Origin: a virus | Lineage: Duplodnaviria; Heunggongvirae; Uroviricota; Caudoviricetes | DNA length: 40,068 nucleotides | IMG/VR virus record: IMGVR_UViG_2778261349_000008 | Location: 1 to 40,068 of that record | Direction: 5' to 3' (one strand) | Shown: piece by piece, positions 27,266 to 37,472 of the stretch | Layout of the letters: each line of letters begins with the position of its first letter | Numbering within the stretch: position 1 is the first letter of the stretch | Position numbers and translations under genes: made by a program | Notes under the pieces: model-generated | What the model was told of the DNA's origin: nothing | Seen by the model: only the letters and a program-made list of their open reading frames with translations | The model's database searches: none

Positions 27266-28113
27266 TGGCGGATTCGAATCTCAATGTGCCGGTAATCATC
27301 CAGGCTACGCGGCTCGATACATCAATCCTTCCACGCAATATCTTCTCGCAGTCGTATCTGCTTTACGTTATCGCACAGGGTACTGATGTTGGTAATGTGG
27401 CTAACAAGGCCAACGAGGCCGGACAGGGCGCTTATGACGCACAATTCAGGAACGATGAGCAGGATGTGATTCTCGCTGACCATGAGCAGCGAATTTCTGC
27501 TGCGGAAGCAACGCTTGTTAATCATGAGGAGCGAATCAGCCAGGCAGAATCAACTCTTCAGGAACATGAAACACGAATAGCTCAGAATGAAAGCGATATT
27601 GCGTCGCTTGATACCAGAGTTCAGTCGCTGGAATTGCAGGTTTCAGACCATGAAACTCGCATCGATGCTCTGGAGTATGCAACCACACGCAAGAAGTCAG
27701 AGGTTGTTTACTCTGGCGTATCTGTAACCATCCCGACAGCGCCGACCAACCTTGTTAGCCTGCTGAAAACGCTCACGCCGTCATCCGGCTCGTTGGCACC
27801 ATTCTTCGACACCGTTAACAACAAGATGGTTGTGTTCAACGAGAACAAAACCCTGTTCTTCAAGCTGTCGATTGTCGGGACGTGGCCCAGCGGAACCGCA
27901 AACAGGTCAATGCAGCTAACCTTTTCCGGCTCTGTTCCTGACACACTGGTCAGCAGTCGTAATGCGGCGACAACAACCGATAACATCCTGTTAGCTACGT
28001 TCTTCAGCGTAGATAAAGACGGCTTTCTTGCCACAAATGGCAGTACGTTAACCATTCAGTCAAATGGTGCGGCGTTTACTGCCACAACCATCAAGATAAT
28101 CGCGGAGCAGTAA
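27265..28113 (+). CDS. Tail needle protein (P22 gp26 family) with a non-P22 C-terminal domain
   Basis: N-terminus [43 protein letters not shown] is gp26-like with heptad repeats; the C-terminal ~120 aa differ from P22 and resemble an Sf6-type knob. Confidence 0.8.
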   Translation: MADSNLNVPVIIQATRLDTSILPRNIFSQSYLLYVIAQGTDVGNVANKANEAGQGAYDAQFRNDEQDVILADHEQRISAAEATLVNHEERISQAESTLQEHETRIAQNESDIASLDTRVQSLELQVSDHETRIDALEYATTRKKSEVVYSGVSVTIPTAPTNLVSLLKTLTPSSGSLAPFFDTVNNKMVVFNENKTLFFKLSIVGTWPSGTANRSMQLTFSGSVPDTLVSSRNAATTTDNILLATFFSVDKDGFLATNGSTLTIQSNGAAFTATTIKIIAEQ

Positions 28114-28568
28114 TGATTCAGTTCAAACCAACGCGAAACATCGACCTGATCGAAGCAGTCGGAAATCACCCTGACATTATTGCCGGAAGCAACAACGGTG
28201 ATGGATACGACTACAAGCCTGAATGCCGTTACTTCGAGGTGAACGTGCACGGGCAGTTCGGCGGCATTGTTTACTATCAGGAGATTCAGCCGCTTACATT
28301 CGATTGCCACGCCATGTACCTGTCAGAGATTCGAGGCTTCAGCAAGGAAATCGGGCTGGCGTTCTGGCGATACATTCTGACTAACACCACCGTTCAGTGC
28401 GTCACATCGTTCGCCGCACGCAAATTCCGCCACGGTCAGATGTACTGCGCAATGATTGGCCTTAAGCGTGTAGGAACCATCAAGAAATACTTCAAAGGCG
28501 TGGATGACGTGACTTTTTACAGCGCCACACGAGAAGAACTAATCGACTTCCTGAATCACGGGAGATAG
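28113..28568 (+). CDS. gp14-like virion assembly / ejection-associated protein
   Basis: 151-aa ORF in the position of P22 gene 14 between the needle and the ejection proteins. Confidence 0.6.
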   Translation: MIQFKPTRNIDLIEAVGNHPDIIAGSNNGDGYDYKPECRYFEVNVHGQFGGIVYYQEIQPLTFDCHAMYLSEIRGFSKEIGLAFWRYILTNTTVQCVTSFAARKFRHGQMYCAMIGLKRVGTIKKYFKGVDDVTFYSATREELIDFLNHGR

Positions 28569-28570
28569 CC

Positions 28571-29263
28571 ATGTTATATGCATTTAAGCTGGGCAGAAAA
28601 CTGCGCGGCGAGGAACCTTATTGCCCTGAAAAGGGTGGGAAAGGTGGCAGTTCTGATAAAAGCGCAAAGTATGCAGCAGAAGCTCAGAAGTATGCCGCAG
28701 ACCTGCAAAATCAGCAGTGGCAGACGATCATGAAAAACCTTGCTCCGTTCACGCCGCTTGCGGAGCAGTATGTTAACCAGCTTCAGAACCTTTCCAGTTT
28801 AGAAGGACAGGGTCAGGCACTTAATCAGTATTACAACTCTCAGCAGTATAAAGACCTTGCAGGCCAGGCTCGTTACCAGAGTCTTGCTGCTGCGGAGGCG
28901 ACGGGGGGACTTGGTTCGACAGCCACAAGCAATCAACTGGCTACGATCGCGCCGACACTCGGTCAGTCTTGGTTATCAAATCAGATGAGCAATTACAACA
29001 ATCTGGCAAACGTTGGGCTTGGTGCTCTGCAAGGTCAGGCAAACGCCGGGCAGACGTACGCCAACAACATGAGCAGCATTGCACAGCAAAGCGCAGCTCT
29101 TGCCGCTGCTAATGCCAATAAACCATCAAGTCTTCAGACTGCAATTAGCGGCGGCACGTCTGGTGCGATTGCCGGTGCAGGTCTTGCCAGCCTTTTGGGA
29201 ACATCAACGCCTTGGGGCGCTGGCATTGGTGCTGGTATCGGATTGCTTGGCTCGTTGTTTTAA
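28571..29263 (+). CDS. Ejection protein (P22 gp7-like)
   Basis: 230-aa Q/N/A/G-rich protein with a C-terminal Gly-rich hydrophobic tail; canonical position. Confidence 0.75.
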   Translation: MLYAFKLGRKLRGEEPYCPEKGGKGGSSDKSAKYAAEAQKYAADLQNQQWQTIMKNLAPFTPLAEQYVNQLQNLSSLEGQGQALNQYYNSQQYKDLAGQARYQSLAAAEATGGLGSTATSNQLATIAPTLGQSWLSNQMSNYNNLANVGLGALQGQANAGQTYANNMSSIAQQSAALAAANANKPSSLQTAISGGTSGAIAGAGLASLLGTSTPWGAGIGAGIGLLGSLF

Positions 29264-29272
29264 GGGGTAATC

Positions 29273-30679
29273 ATGGCTACTTGGCAAGGAACAAACGGCG
29301 GATTGTTGGCTGGTATCGGCGGCGTCAACTCAAACGCCCCGAGCGTAAATGACATCGGCAATACGCTTCAACTTATCAGGCAGAACAATGATATTGAGCG
29401 TTCAGGCTCTAACAATGTTGGGCTGACTGCTTTGCAAGGCCTTTCAGGTATTGCGGGGGTGTTTCAGCAGGAAAAGCAGGCTCAGCGGCAGAAAGAATTT
29501 CAGCAGGCATACGCTAATGCTTATGCGTCTGGTGATCGCGGTGCTTTGCGTCAGTTGGCTACTCAATATCCAGACCAGATTGAATCCGTTCGTAAAGGCA
29601 TGGGATTCATTGATGAAGACCAACGTAATTCTATCGGCACCTTAGCGGCTGGCGCACGCCTTGCGTCATCGTCTCCAGAAGCAATGCAATCATGGCTGCA
29701 AAACAACGCCAAGGAACTGACTCGCGTCGGTGTTGACCATAACAGCGTTGCTCAGATGTATCAGCAGAACCCTTCAGGATTTGGTGAGTTTGTTGATCAC
29801 CTTGGAATGGCTGCTCTTGGTCCGATTGATTACTTCAATGTTCAGGACAAGATGGCTGGTCGTGAAATTGACCGAGGCAGGCTGGCAGAGACAATCCGCA
29901 GCAATCAGGCTGGAGAAGCACTTCAGGCGAGAGGGCAAAACCTTTCCTATCAGTCAGCAATGACTGGGCACAATATCGCAGCACAACGCTTGGCTCTGGA
30001 TCAGCAGGAGTTCGGGTTTAAGATGCAGCAAGCGCAGGAAAAGGCTCAGCAGTTGATTAGCGAAGCACCTAAGCTGTCAGTAAACATGGAAAAAGGCATC
30101 GAGACGGCTGTAAACAATGCCACAGCATCATCAAACTCAGCCAATTCTATGAGTGCGCTTGCTCAACAGTTCAGAGCAGAAAAACCAACGACAGGTTTGT
30201 TCGGTAACGCACAGAACATGTTCGCAAAACTTACCGGAAGCGATACGACATTGCGTGATTTACGCATTCGCCAAAATGCCCTTGTTAACAGTCAGGTTCT
30301 TAAATTCCTACCTCCCGGCCCCGCAACGGATAAAGACGTTGAGATCGTTCGTCAGGGTGCACCAACTGACATGGATAACCCTGAGACGGTCGCAAGATGG
30401 CTTGATGCTATGGCAAACCTTGAGCGACGAAACGCGCAGTTTAATGAGTTTAAAGCCGAGTGGATGAGCGCGAATGGCAATCCAGGACAATCGCGTAATG
30501 GCGGTCAGATATTGGGGTTGGATGTTAAAAAAGGTGAATCATTGGGGAGTGCCGTTAAGCGGTATATGTCAATGAATACTGACGCAGCGCCAGCACAAGA
30601 TTCGACACCTTCAGGAGAACCAAGGAATCAGGTTGGATCATATACCTCAAAATCAGGCATTCAATTTACGGTGGAATGA
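29273..30679 (+). CDS. Ejection protein (P22 gp20-like)
   Basis: 468-aa ORF, size and position of P22 gp20. Confidence 0.75.
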   Translation: MATWQGTNGGLLAGIGGVNSNAPSVNDIGNTLQLIRQNNDIERSGSNNVGLTALQGLSGIAGVFQQEKQAQRQKEFQQAYANAYASGDRGALRQLATQYPDQIESVRKGMGFIDEDQRNSIGTLAAGARLASSSPEAMQSWLQNNAKELTRVGVDHNSVAQMYQQNPSGFGEFVDHLGMAALGPIDYFNVQDKMAGREIDRGRLAETIRSNQAGEALQARGQNLSYQSAMTGHNIAAQRLALDQQEFGFKMQQAQEKAQQLISEAPKLSVNMEKGIETAVNNATASSNSANSMSALAQQFRAEKPTTGLFGNAQNMFAKLTGSDTTLRDLRIRQNALVNSQVLKFLPPGPATDKDVEIVRQGAPTDMDNPETVARWLDAMANLERRNAQFNEFKAEWMSANGNPGQSRNGGQILGLDVKKGESLGSAVKRYMSMNTDAAPAQDSTPSGEPRNQVGSYTSKSGIQFTVE

Positions 30680-32682
30680 TGAAAGTAACTGCAAACGGTA
30701 AGACATTTACCTTTCCTGATGGTACGAGCACCGAAGATATTGGCACCGCCATTGATGAGTATTTTGCTGGTCAGTCAGCACCAACACAACAAGGTGTTCA
30801 GCAATCTCCAGCAGACAACTCACTTGCATCAGGATATGCACAGCTTGCCACTCAGCAGAAGGAAGGACTAGATCGCTCTGCTGAGCAAGGGGCTGTTTTA
30901 GGTGCTGCAATGCGCGATGCCGTTACCGGTGAAAGCCGAATGACACCAGAAATGGAGAGACTGCAAAATGTTGGGTCTGCTCCAGAGCTTAATAGCTTAA
31001 GCACTGATGCGCTGCGTGCTGGACTGGGGCAGCTATTTGGTTCCGACGCTTCACAGGAGAAAATACTGCAAAGTATTGGCGGGAAAATCCGGAAGGATGA
31101 GAAGGGAAATTCCATAGTCACCCTTCCTTCAGGGGAATATGCACTTAACAAGCCTGGTTTGTCACCGCAGGATATAACGTCATTCTTGGCAAATGCTCTT
31201 GCATTCACTCCAGCAGGTAGAGCTGCGTCTGTTGTAGGTGCAACACTAAAATCAGGCGCTACTGATTTAGCTTTACAGGGTGCCACTAAGATCGCTGGCG
31301 GTGAGAATGTTAATCCAGTTCAAACTGCAATTTCTGCTGGTCTTGGTGGGGTACTGAAGGGTGTAGAAAACACCGCAAGCGCAGTGTCTCGTTCTGCTAT
31401 GGGTAAGATTGCTCCTGAAAAACAAGCTCAGATTGACTTTGCCAAGCAGAACAACTTGCCACTGATGACAACAGATCTTGTGGAACCGGGAACAAATATT
31501 GGTAAGCAAGCACGAGCTATGGCTGAGCGAATCCCAATAGCCGGAACAGGTGGGATAAGAAATGCACAGCAAAAGGCCAGGGAAGATTTAGTTAGAACAT
31601 TTAGCGATAATGTTGGTGGAATATCTGACGCACAACTTTACCAATCAGCTACTCGTGGTCAGCAGCAATTTATTCAGGCTGCTGGCAAGCGGTACGACAG
31701 GATCATCAGTTTGATGGGGGATACTCCTGTTGACATCACTGGAACAGTGAAAGCAATTGATGAGCAGATTTCCAAGTTAACTCGCCCAGGAGTATCGCAA
31801 GACCGCTCAGCTGTTTCTGTCCTTCAACAGTTTAGAAATGACATCACCAGCGGTCCAAATAACCTGCAATTAGCTAGAGAAAACCGTACAAACTTACGTA
31901 AGCGCTTTATGGCAGCACCTGACGAGGTCGATAGAGATACGTTGGAGAAAGCTGCGCAGTCTGTTTATAACGCATACACAACAGACATGAAAAAAGCGGT
32001 TGGCGCAAAACTAGGTGCGAAGGAAGCGCAAAACATGTCGCGTGTTGATCGTTCTTGGGCAAAGTTCAACGACATGATGAGCAATACACGTGTCCAAAAA
32101 GCTATTCAGAGTGGTAAAACAACGCCAGAAGATGTCACTAAACTAGTATTCAGCCAAAGCCCAGCGGAAAGGGCGCAACTTTATCGATTGCTTGATGATA
32201 GTGGGCGTCAAAATGCTAGAGCAGCACTTGTTCAGCGTGCAATGGATAAGGCGACAAGCGATTCAGGAAAGCTTAGCGTTGAGAAGTTTATTAATGAAAT
32301 GAAAAGGAATCGGAAGCAGGCTGAGACGTTCTTCAGAGGAGAGCATGGGAAACAGCTTGATGGGATAATGAAATATCTTGATTCCACTAGACAGGCAGCT
32401 ACTGCTGCCGCAAGCCCACTAACAGGGCAAATGGTAGCTGGTCCAGCAGCGCTGATAACAGCTCTTGCGTCTGTTACAAATCCAATGTTTGCAAAAGTTG
32501 CGGCAGTTGGAGCTGGTATCGGTATGGCTGGCAGGGGCTATGAGTCACGCGCGATGAGGAACGCATTACTAAAGTTAGCAAACACGCCAAAAGGAAGTAC
32601 TGCTTATGATAGAGCGATCAGACGGGTATCTGAAACTCTTACACCTCTAATTCAGGCTTCAAGTGAGAAAGCCCAGCAGTAA
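30676..32682 (+). CDS. Ejection protein (P22 gp16-like)
   Basis: 668-aa ORF, last of the three ejection-protein genes. Confidence 0.75.
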   Translation: MMKVTANGKTFTFPDGTSTEDIGTAIDEYFAGQSAPTQQGVQQSPADNSLASGYAQLATQQKEGLDRSAEQGAVLGAAMRDAVTGESRMTPEMERLQNVGSAPELNSLSTDALRAGLGQLFGSDASQEKILQSIGGKIRKDEKGNSIVTLPSGEYALNKPGLSPQDITSFLANALAFTPAGRAASVVGATLKSGATDLALQGATKIAGGENVNPVQTAISAGLGGVLKGVENTASAVSRSAMGKIAPEKQAQIDFAKQNNLPLMTTDLVEPGTNIGKQARAMAERIPIAGTGGIRNAQQKAREDLVRTFSDNVGGISDAQLYQSATRGQQQFIQAAGKRYDRIISLMGDTPVDITGTVKAIDEQISKLTRPGVSQDRSAVSVLQQFRNDITSGPNNLQLARENRTNLRKRFMAAPDEVDRDTLEKAAQSVYNAYTTDMKKAVGAKLGAKEAQNMSRVDRSWAKFNDMMSNTRVQKAIQSGKTTPEDVTKLVFSQSPAERAQLYRLLDDSGRQNARAALVQRAMDKATSDSGKLSVEKFINEMKRNRKQAETFFRGEHGKQLDGIMKYLDSTRQAATAAASPLTGQMVAGPAALITALASVTNPMFAKVAAVGAGIGMAGRGYESRAMRNALLKLANTPKGSTAYDRAIRRVSETLTPLIQASSEKAQQ

Positions 32683-32690
32683 AAAGTTGG

Positions 32691-33083
32691 TTAGCGGTTG
32701 ATGGTTGCTTTTTTCGGGTCATACCATCTCGGCCATTCTTTCAGGAATGGGAATGAGTCGGGTGCGTGGTTCTTTTTGTACGATTTAAGCAGCCTTAACC
32801 GCTCAATCGCACACTCATAAACCTCTTGTTGCCCTGTAGTCATCTCGGTCCATGAAAGGTGATCCATTGATAAGACAACGTTTTCAGCTTCTTTTATGAG
32901 GGCGTTTTTATTTCTCACCGCAGCAGCATGGCTGACAGAGCAATCCTGCCATATTCTTAAAAGCCAAATAGCTAAGCAGATGAAAAAAATGGTAGATAGC
33001 GATATATACACACCAACCTCTTTAGTTTTTCTAGTTACTTTGTCACGATAGGATATGCGAAATGATAAAACTAAATTGCGCAC
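32691..33083 (-). CDS. Hypothetical membrane-anchored protein (130 aa as listed; an alternative GTG start at about 33011 has an AAGAGG RBS)
   Basis: Single N-terminal hydrophobic segment YISLSTIFFICLAIWLLRIW; AT-rich; downstream of the mnt operon; no recognisable family. Confidence 0.5.
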   Translation of the reverse strand: MRNLVLSFRISYRDKVTRKTKEVGVYISLSTIFFICLAIWLLRIWQDCSVSHAAAVRNKNALIKEAENVVLSMDHLSWTEMTTGQQEVYECAIERLRLLKSYKKNHAPDSFPFLKEWPRWYDPKKATINR

Positions 33084-33271
33084 ATGATAACTCAGTAATA
33101 ATTGTTAATGAAAACATGATCACCTATATTGCACAAGGCGAAACAGGAAGCATAATCTGGTTTCATGAGAGTGATCACGCTTGGGTAAATCAAAGTCAAG
33201 AGGAAATACTTGAAATTATCAAAAATAACTATCTAAACGTTGCACACGACTCATCTATCCATTTTTCATAA
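33062..33271 (+). CDS. Hypothetical small acidic protein (69 aa) antisense to the mnt-operon cargo
   Basis: ATG with a possible AGGA RBS; overlaps the 3' end of the 33229-33810 gene and the listed start of the 32691-33083 gene. Confidence 0.3.
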   Translation: MIKLNCAHDNSVIIVNENMITYIAQGETGSIIWFHESDHAWVNQSQEEILEIIKNNYLNVAHDSSIHFS

Positions 33272-33810
33272 AATTGTATACCGAGATAGGCAAGAACAGA
33301 TGGATGTATATCAACAAGCTTTTCGCCAAGATGTTCTGTTGGAGGTGGATAATCTTTGCCTTGGTTTCTTACGGTTATAGGCATAGTTGTTGCTGGATGA
33401 AACTCAACTATCATAGGGTCGCCTTCGTATTTTGCTATTTTCCCTGTTGAATCAATGATTAACTCTTTAATATAATGGCTTCTTGCTCCCGGAAATGCCC
33501 CAAGAGTAGTATAAGGAGGTTCAAGTTTTGAGATTTCCATAGTGGAATGATGATCAGCATTTCTTGCTTGGTGAAGGTAAGCAAGTGTTTTGTCTGTTTT
33601 TCTAAGCATGAACTTTTGGTTGAAGTGGCTGCTAAATTTTCCACTAACCGGCTTTGTTGCACAGAGCAACTTACTGAAAGACTTTTCTATATGCCCAAGA
33701 CATTCTCGCCAGTGCATTTCAAAATCATCATGGTTTGTAGATGATTTCATCTGCTCTAGGCACTTTTTAGCTGCGATTATTTCTTTTTTTGCTGGGTTGT
33801 AATCGATCAT
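33229..33810 (-). CDS. Hypothetical protein (193 aa), AT-rich cargo gene translationally coupled to mnt
   Basis: ATG overlaps the mnt stop (ATGA); composition distinct from the flanking structural genes; no recognisable family. Confidence 0.65.
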   Translation of the reverse strand: MIDYNPAKKEIIAAKKCLEQMKSSTNHDDFEMHWRECLGHIEKSFSKLLCATKPVSGKFSSHFNQKFMLRKTDKTLAYLHQARNADHHSTMEISKLEPPYTTLGAFPGARSHYIKELIIDSTGKIAKYEGDPMIVEFHPATTMPITVRNQGKDYPPPTEHLGEKLVDIHPSVLAYLGIQFYEKWIDESCATFR

Positions 33811-34058
33811 TTTGCATTCTTGCCATACATGGTTTTCAGCGTCTCAACATCGTGTTCAAGATCTATCAATCGTGATGCTATAGTTGCAAGGTCTAGTGCT
33901 TGAATGTGTTTATTTTTTTCTGTCCACGCCTCAAGTGCCGCGACCATCTCAGCATTTAATGAACGAGAATTAGCCTCAGCCAGTTCAATAAGACGTTCCT
34001 TTATCTCTACAGGAAGCCTCAGATTCACTTGAGGGTTTTTGTACTTACGATCAGACAT
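33807..34058 (-). CDS. mnt: Mnt-like ribbon-helix-helix repressor
   Basis: 83-aa protein from the internal ATG (MSDRKYKNPQVNLRLPVEIKERLIELAEANSRSLNAEMVAAL) resembling the P22 Mnt N-terminal RHH domain; the listed ORF start is a GTG two codons upstream. Confidence 0.7.
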   Translation of the reverse strand: MSDRKYKNPQVNLRLPVEIKERLIELAEANSRSLNAEMVAALEAWTEKNKHIQALDLATIASRLIDLEHDVETLKTMYGKNAK

Positions 34059-34064
34059 CGGCAC

Positions 34065-34162
34065 ATCCTGAATAATTTTTTACCACAGGATATGTAGGTA
34101 TCTATTGACTATCAATGCGTACCTAAATACTATGTATGCGTACCACATACAAAGGAGCAAAA
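34065..34162. promoter_or_regulatory. Divergent mnt/arc promoter-operator region
   Basis: 98-bp AT-rich spacer between the divergent mnt and arc starts, with partially palindromic elements (ggtatctattgactatcaatgcgtacc). Confidence 0.4.
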
Positions 34163-34309
34163 ATGAAAGTTAAGACATTAAGGATGCCAGAATGGCTGGA
34201 AAAGGCTTTGGAGCAGTCCGCGAAAAAGGATGATCGGTCGTTCAGTAATGAGGTATTGAGGAGACTAAAGGAGTCAGTAGCTAAGGATGGAATTGTTTGT
34301 CCAGAATGA
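34163..34309 (+). CDS. arc: Arc-like ribbon-helix-helix repressor (48 aa)
   Basis: ATG with AAAGGAG RBS; translation MKVKTLRMPEWLEKALEQSAKKDDRSFSNEVLRRLKESVAKDGIVCPE has an RHH-like pattern; divergent from mnt and upstream of ant; below the ORF-track cut-off. Confidence 0.6.
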   Translation: MKVKTLRMPEWLEKALEQSAKKDDRSFSNEVLRRLKESVAKDGIVCPE

Positions 34310-34375
34310 GTAAAGCCCAAGCTATTGCGAGTAGCTCGGGCTTAAATCGCCAGTAAATTTTGAGGAAAAACTGAC

Positions 34376-35305
34376 ATGAAAAGTATAGCAACAGCAGTAT
34401 CTACTATCAACGTGCCATTCCACGGCGCAGAGCTTTATGTCGTCAATCACAACGGTGAGCCGTACACCCCAATGAAACCTATCGTTGAAGGTATGGGTAT
34501 GGATTGGGCTTCACAGTTTACGAAAATAAAGCAACGGTTTAAAACCTCCATTGTGAAAATCACAATGCAGCTTCCTGGTGATGAACAGTGCCGTGAGATT
34601 ATTTGTTTGGCACTTCGCAAACTTGCTGGCTGGCTGCAAACCATCAGCCCTAACAAAGTCCGCCCTGAAATCCGCGACAAGGTAATCCAGTATCAGGAAG
34701 AGTGTGACGATGTGCTCTATGAGTACTGGACTAAAGGCCATGTGGTTAATCCACGCAAAGCTAAAAAGGCGTTGCCGGGCAAAATCACCACTGAACAGCA
34801 GGAAGCCATTAAACAACTCGTCATGAGTCGCGGTCAGTCTCTGCCAAAAGAAAAACAGGCTAAGGCGATGATCACCATGTGGTCGTCACTAAAATCCCAT
34901 TTTGGATGTTCGTACAAAGAAATCAGTGAGGAGCAGTTTACCGAAGCACTATCACTTGCAGCTCGAGTTCCACTTGAAGGCGAGTTTATCGGCAAACAAG
35001 AGAAGAAAACCAACGAGCTTTCTGCAAAAGAAGCAAACAGCCTTGTATGGTTATGGGATTATGCCAACCGTTCACAGGCATTATTCCGCGAACTGTATCC
35101 GGCATTAAAACAAATTCAATCGAACTATTCCGGGAGATGCTACGACTACGGTCATGAGTTCTCGTATGTTATCGGAATGGCGAGAGACGTTTTAATCAAT
35201 CACACACGAGATGTTGATATCAATGAGCCAGACGGACCAACGAATCTTTCCGCATGGATGAGACTTAAGAATAAAGAATTACCTCCTTCAGTACATAACT
35301 ACTGA
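34376..35305 (+). CDS. ant: Antirepressor (Ant-like)
   Basis: 309-aa ORF downstream of arc, in the position of P22 ant. Confidence 0.7.
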   Translation: MKSIATAVSTINVPFHGAELYVVNHNGEPYTPMKPIVEGMGMDWASQFTKIKQRFKTSIVKITMQLPGDEQCREIICLALRKLAGWLQTISPNKVRPEIRDKVIQYQEECDDVLYEYWTKGHVVNPRKAKKALPGKITTEQQEAIKQLVMSRGQSLPKEKQAKAMITMWSSLKSHFGCSYKEISEEQFTEALSLAARVPLEGEFIGKQEKKTNELSAKEANSLVWLWDYANRSQALFRELYPALKQIQSNYSGRCYDYGHEFSYVIGMARDVLINHTRDVDINEPDGPTNLSAWMRLKNKELPPSVHNY

Positions 35306-35323
35306 CAGATAACCAACGCAACG

Positions 35324-35347
35324 ACCCAGCTTCGGCTGGGTTTTTTT
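35324..35347 (+). terminator. Rho-independent terminator after ant
   Basis: ACCCAGC-ttcg-GCTGGGT stem followed by a T7 run. Confidence 0.75.
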
Positions 35348-35405
35348 ATGCCCAAAATTCACCGTAGCCACGCTGCGGCGATTCCTTGCATCTGGAGCAA
35401 ATTAA

Positions 35406-37472
35406 ATGACAGACATTACAGCCAATGTGATCGTATCGATGCCTTCGCAACTCTTCACTATGGCGCGTTCTTTTAAAGCTGTAGCCAATGGAAAAATTTA
35501 TATCGGTAAAATTGACACTGACCCTGTAAATCCTGAAAACCAGATTCAGGTTTATGTGGAGAACGAAGACGGCTCTCACGTTCCCGTTTCGCAACCAATC
35601 ATCATTAACGCTGCTGGATATCCGGTATATAACGGACAGATTGCCAAATTTGTAACTGTGCAAGGCCATTCTATGGCTGTTTATGATGCATACGGTGCTC
35701 AGCAGTTTTATTTTCCTAATGTGCTGAAGTATGACCCTGATCAGCTAAGACAAGAATTAGAGAGTGGTATCGGAGCTTCAATAATAGGTTACGGATCATC
35801 GACAGTAAAAGATGCTCTTGATTCGGTTGTAAATAAACGTGTTTTGTACTTTTCCAGATTTGGCACACTGCAATCGCTGCAATCTTACATCACATCTAAC
35901 AACCTTAAAAACGTTGAAATTATTTTTGATCAGGTTGTGAATTTTGGCCCAGGAAGCGGAGGGTTGGGTACAATTGTTTCATTAAGCGACATGGACTATC
36001 TCGCCGTTAAGGGTTTGGTAATCAGAGACACTCTGCTTTATTCCGGCGCATTTGACCTGACGCGTGTGTTCGACCTGACGAATATCACCAATCTGGTGTT
36101 TGAAGTTGATGCCTCTTCCACACTTGAGTATGTCGGTGATGATAAGCGCGGACTGACCACACTGCGCCTGAATGGATGCGATAACTTCACATTTATCGGT
36201 AAGACTAGCAAGTGCTATCAGGGTTACGAATGCACTAATGTAAAAAATCTCTATGCTCGTAGTGTGAATAATGACACCCGCTACCCTCATCTTATGAGCA
36301 ATATAGGTTTGGTAGATATCAATACAAAAAACAATGGATGCCGCAGGGATTTCTTTCTTCAAAACAACTGCGCTGGCGGGCAAATCACAGTTGATGCCGT
36401 TGACACCCAGCAGGGTACGCCCATAAAGATGTATTTCTTTAACGGAAATATGGACAACCAGATATCTAATCTTGTTATAAAATATAAATATAGGAGCACA
36501 GGGAGATACACATTGCCATATCGTGTGGCTCCAATTTGGTTAGATTGGGGGTGGGATAGCTCGACAACAGAGACACTTATATCTGGTGTAATGCGTAATA
36601 TCACCATAGAGTATGATGTTGTAGGAGGCAATTGGGGTAGTGTCATTGGTACAACCAAACTAATAGATGAAACTATTGGGGATGGTGTAGCAAGAGGATA
36701 TGTTTATTCAAACATATTAATCAAAGGAAGAATTGAGTTAGGAGGAGGAGACTCCAATAATAAAGCGTGGGTATATAATTTTAACACTACCGATAACTGG
36801 AAAGATGGAGATGATATTAATGGATTTTACCTAAAAGACATTGTAATAAGAAAGTTAAATGGCGGTGAGGTGTATCTCAATACAAATCAATTAGCTGGGG
36901 CAGTGAAATCTAGTGGGCAAATAGTTTTGGATAATGTTTCTGCACCAGAGCTGATACTTTCAGCTCAAAGTTATGGCGATAAGGTCATGTTTAATAACTG
37001 CAATCTTTATGATTTCACAACTAAAAATGCTGTTAAAAATGCATATCAATCGCTTAAAACTACATGTACGATAAGAAAAGCATCAGGCGATGCCTCAAGC
37101 TTCCAAATTGGGTCAATGAGTGTATATAGAACAATCTGTTTCCTTTCGGTAGATATTAAAGCGACATCACCTTCATCAGGAAGTGTAAGTACATGGGGTG
37201 GTAATATAACTGGACAGTTGGTGCAAGGTACTACAGCAGGAAATGTAACATTAACTGGCAATACAAATACTTTGTACACAACAGGAACGGCATTAAATCC
37301 GTCTATTAGGTGCGAGACAGACGGCAGGATTATAATTACATTTGCAGGGTGGGAGTCGCTTGAAGCATTCATAACGTGCGATATTGCAATGGTTTACAAT
37401 GAATATTCAGGTGGATCTAATAACACAGTTCTCGGCCTGGTAAACAAGAAATTTGCTGTTGGAACTGTTTAA
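35406..37472 (+). CDS. Tailspike protein: P22/HK620-type N-terminal head-binding domain fused to a divergent beta-helix receptor-binding domain
   Basis: N-terminal ~110 aa ([46 protein letters not shown]...NVLKYDPDQ) match the conserved head-binding domain; the remaining ~575 aa do not resemble P22 or HK620 tailspikes as I recall them. Confidence 0.85.
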   Translation: MTDITANVIVSMPSQLFTMARSFKAVANGKIYIGKIDTDPVNPENQIQVYVENEDGSHVPVSQPIIINAAGYPVYNGQIAKFVTVQGHSMAVYDAYGAQQFYFPNVLKYDPDQLRQELESGIGASIIGYGSSTVKDALDSVVNKRVLYFSRFGTLQSLQSYITSNNLKNVEIIFDQVVNFGPGSGGLGTIVSLSDMDYLAVKGLVIRDTLLYSGAFDLTRVFDLTNITNLVFEVDASSTLEYVGDDKRGLTTLRLNGCDNFTFIGKTSKCYQGYECTNVKNLYARSVNNDTRYPHLMSNIGLVDINTKNNGCRRDFFLQNNCAGGQITVDAVDTQQGTPIKMYFFNGNMDNQISNLVIKYKYRSTGRYTLPYRVAPIWLDWGWDSSTTETLISGVMRNITIEYDVVGGNWGSVIGTTKLIDETIGDGVARGYVYSNILIKGRIELGGGDSNNKAWVYNFNTTDNWKDGDDINGFYLKDIVIRKLNGGEVYLNTNQLAGAVKSSGQIVLDNVSAPELILSAQSYGDKVMFNNCNLYDFTTKNAVKNAYQSLKTTCTIRKASGDASSFQIGSMSVYRTICFLSVDIKATSPSSGSVSTWGGNITGQLVQGTTAGNVTLTGNTNTLYTTGTALNPSIRCETDGRIIITFAGWESLEAFITCDIAMVYNEYSGGSNNTVLGLVNKKFAVGTV

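Noticed and set aside
25938-32682. Numerous short antisense or alternative-frame ORFs within the gp10, gp26, gp14, gp7, gp20 and gp16-like genes
   Set aside because: All lie inside contiguous, tightly coupled structural genes on the + strand
33459-33802. ORFs 33459-33662 (-), 33547-33744 (+) and 33590-33802 (+)
   Set aside because: They fall within the 193-aa cargo gene; AT-rich sequence gives chance ORFs
34123-34320. ORF 34123-34320 (-)
   Set aside because: It overlaps the arc gene and the mnt/arc promoter region on the wrong strand
34447-35108. ORFs 34447-34680 (-), 34511-34816 (-) and 34902-35108 (+) inside ant
   Set aside because: Alternative-frame or antisense ORFs within the antirepressor gene
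35346-37372. ORFs 35346-35669 (-), 35982-36383 (-), 36359-36658 (-) and 37046-37372 (-)
   Set aside because: Antisense to the tailspike gene, whose N-terminal domain is unambiguous
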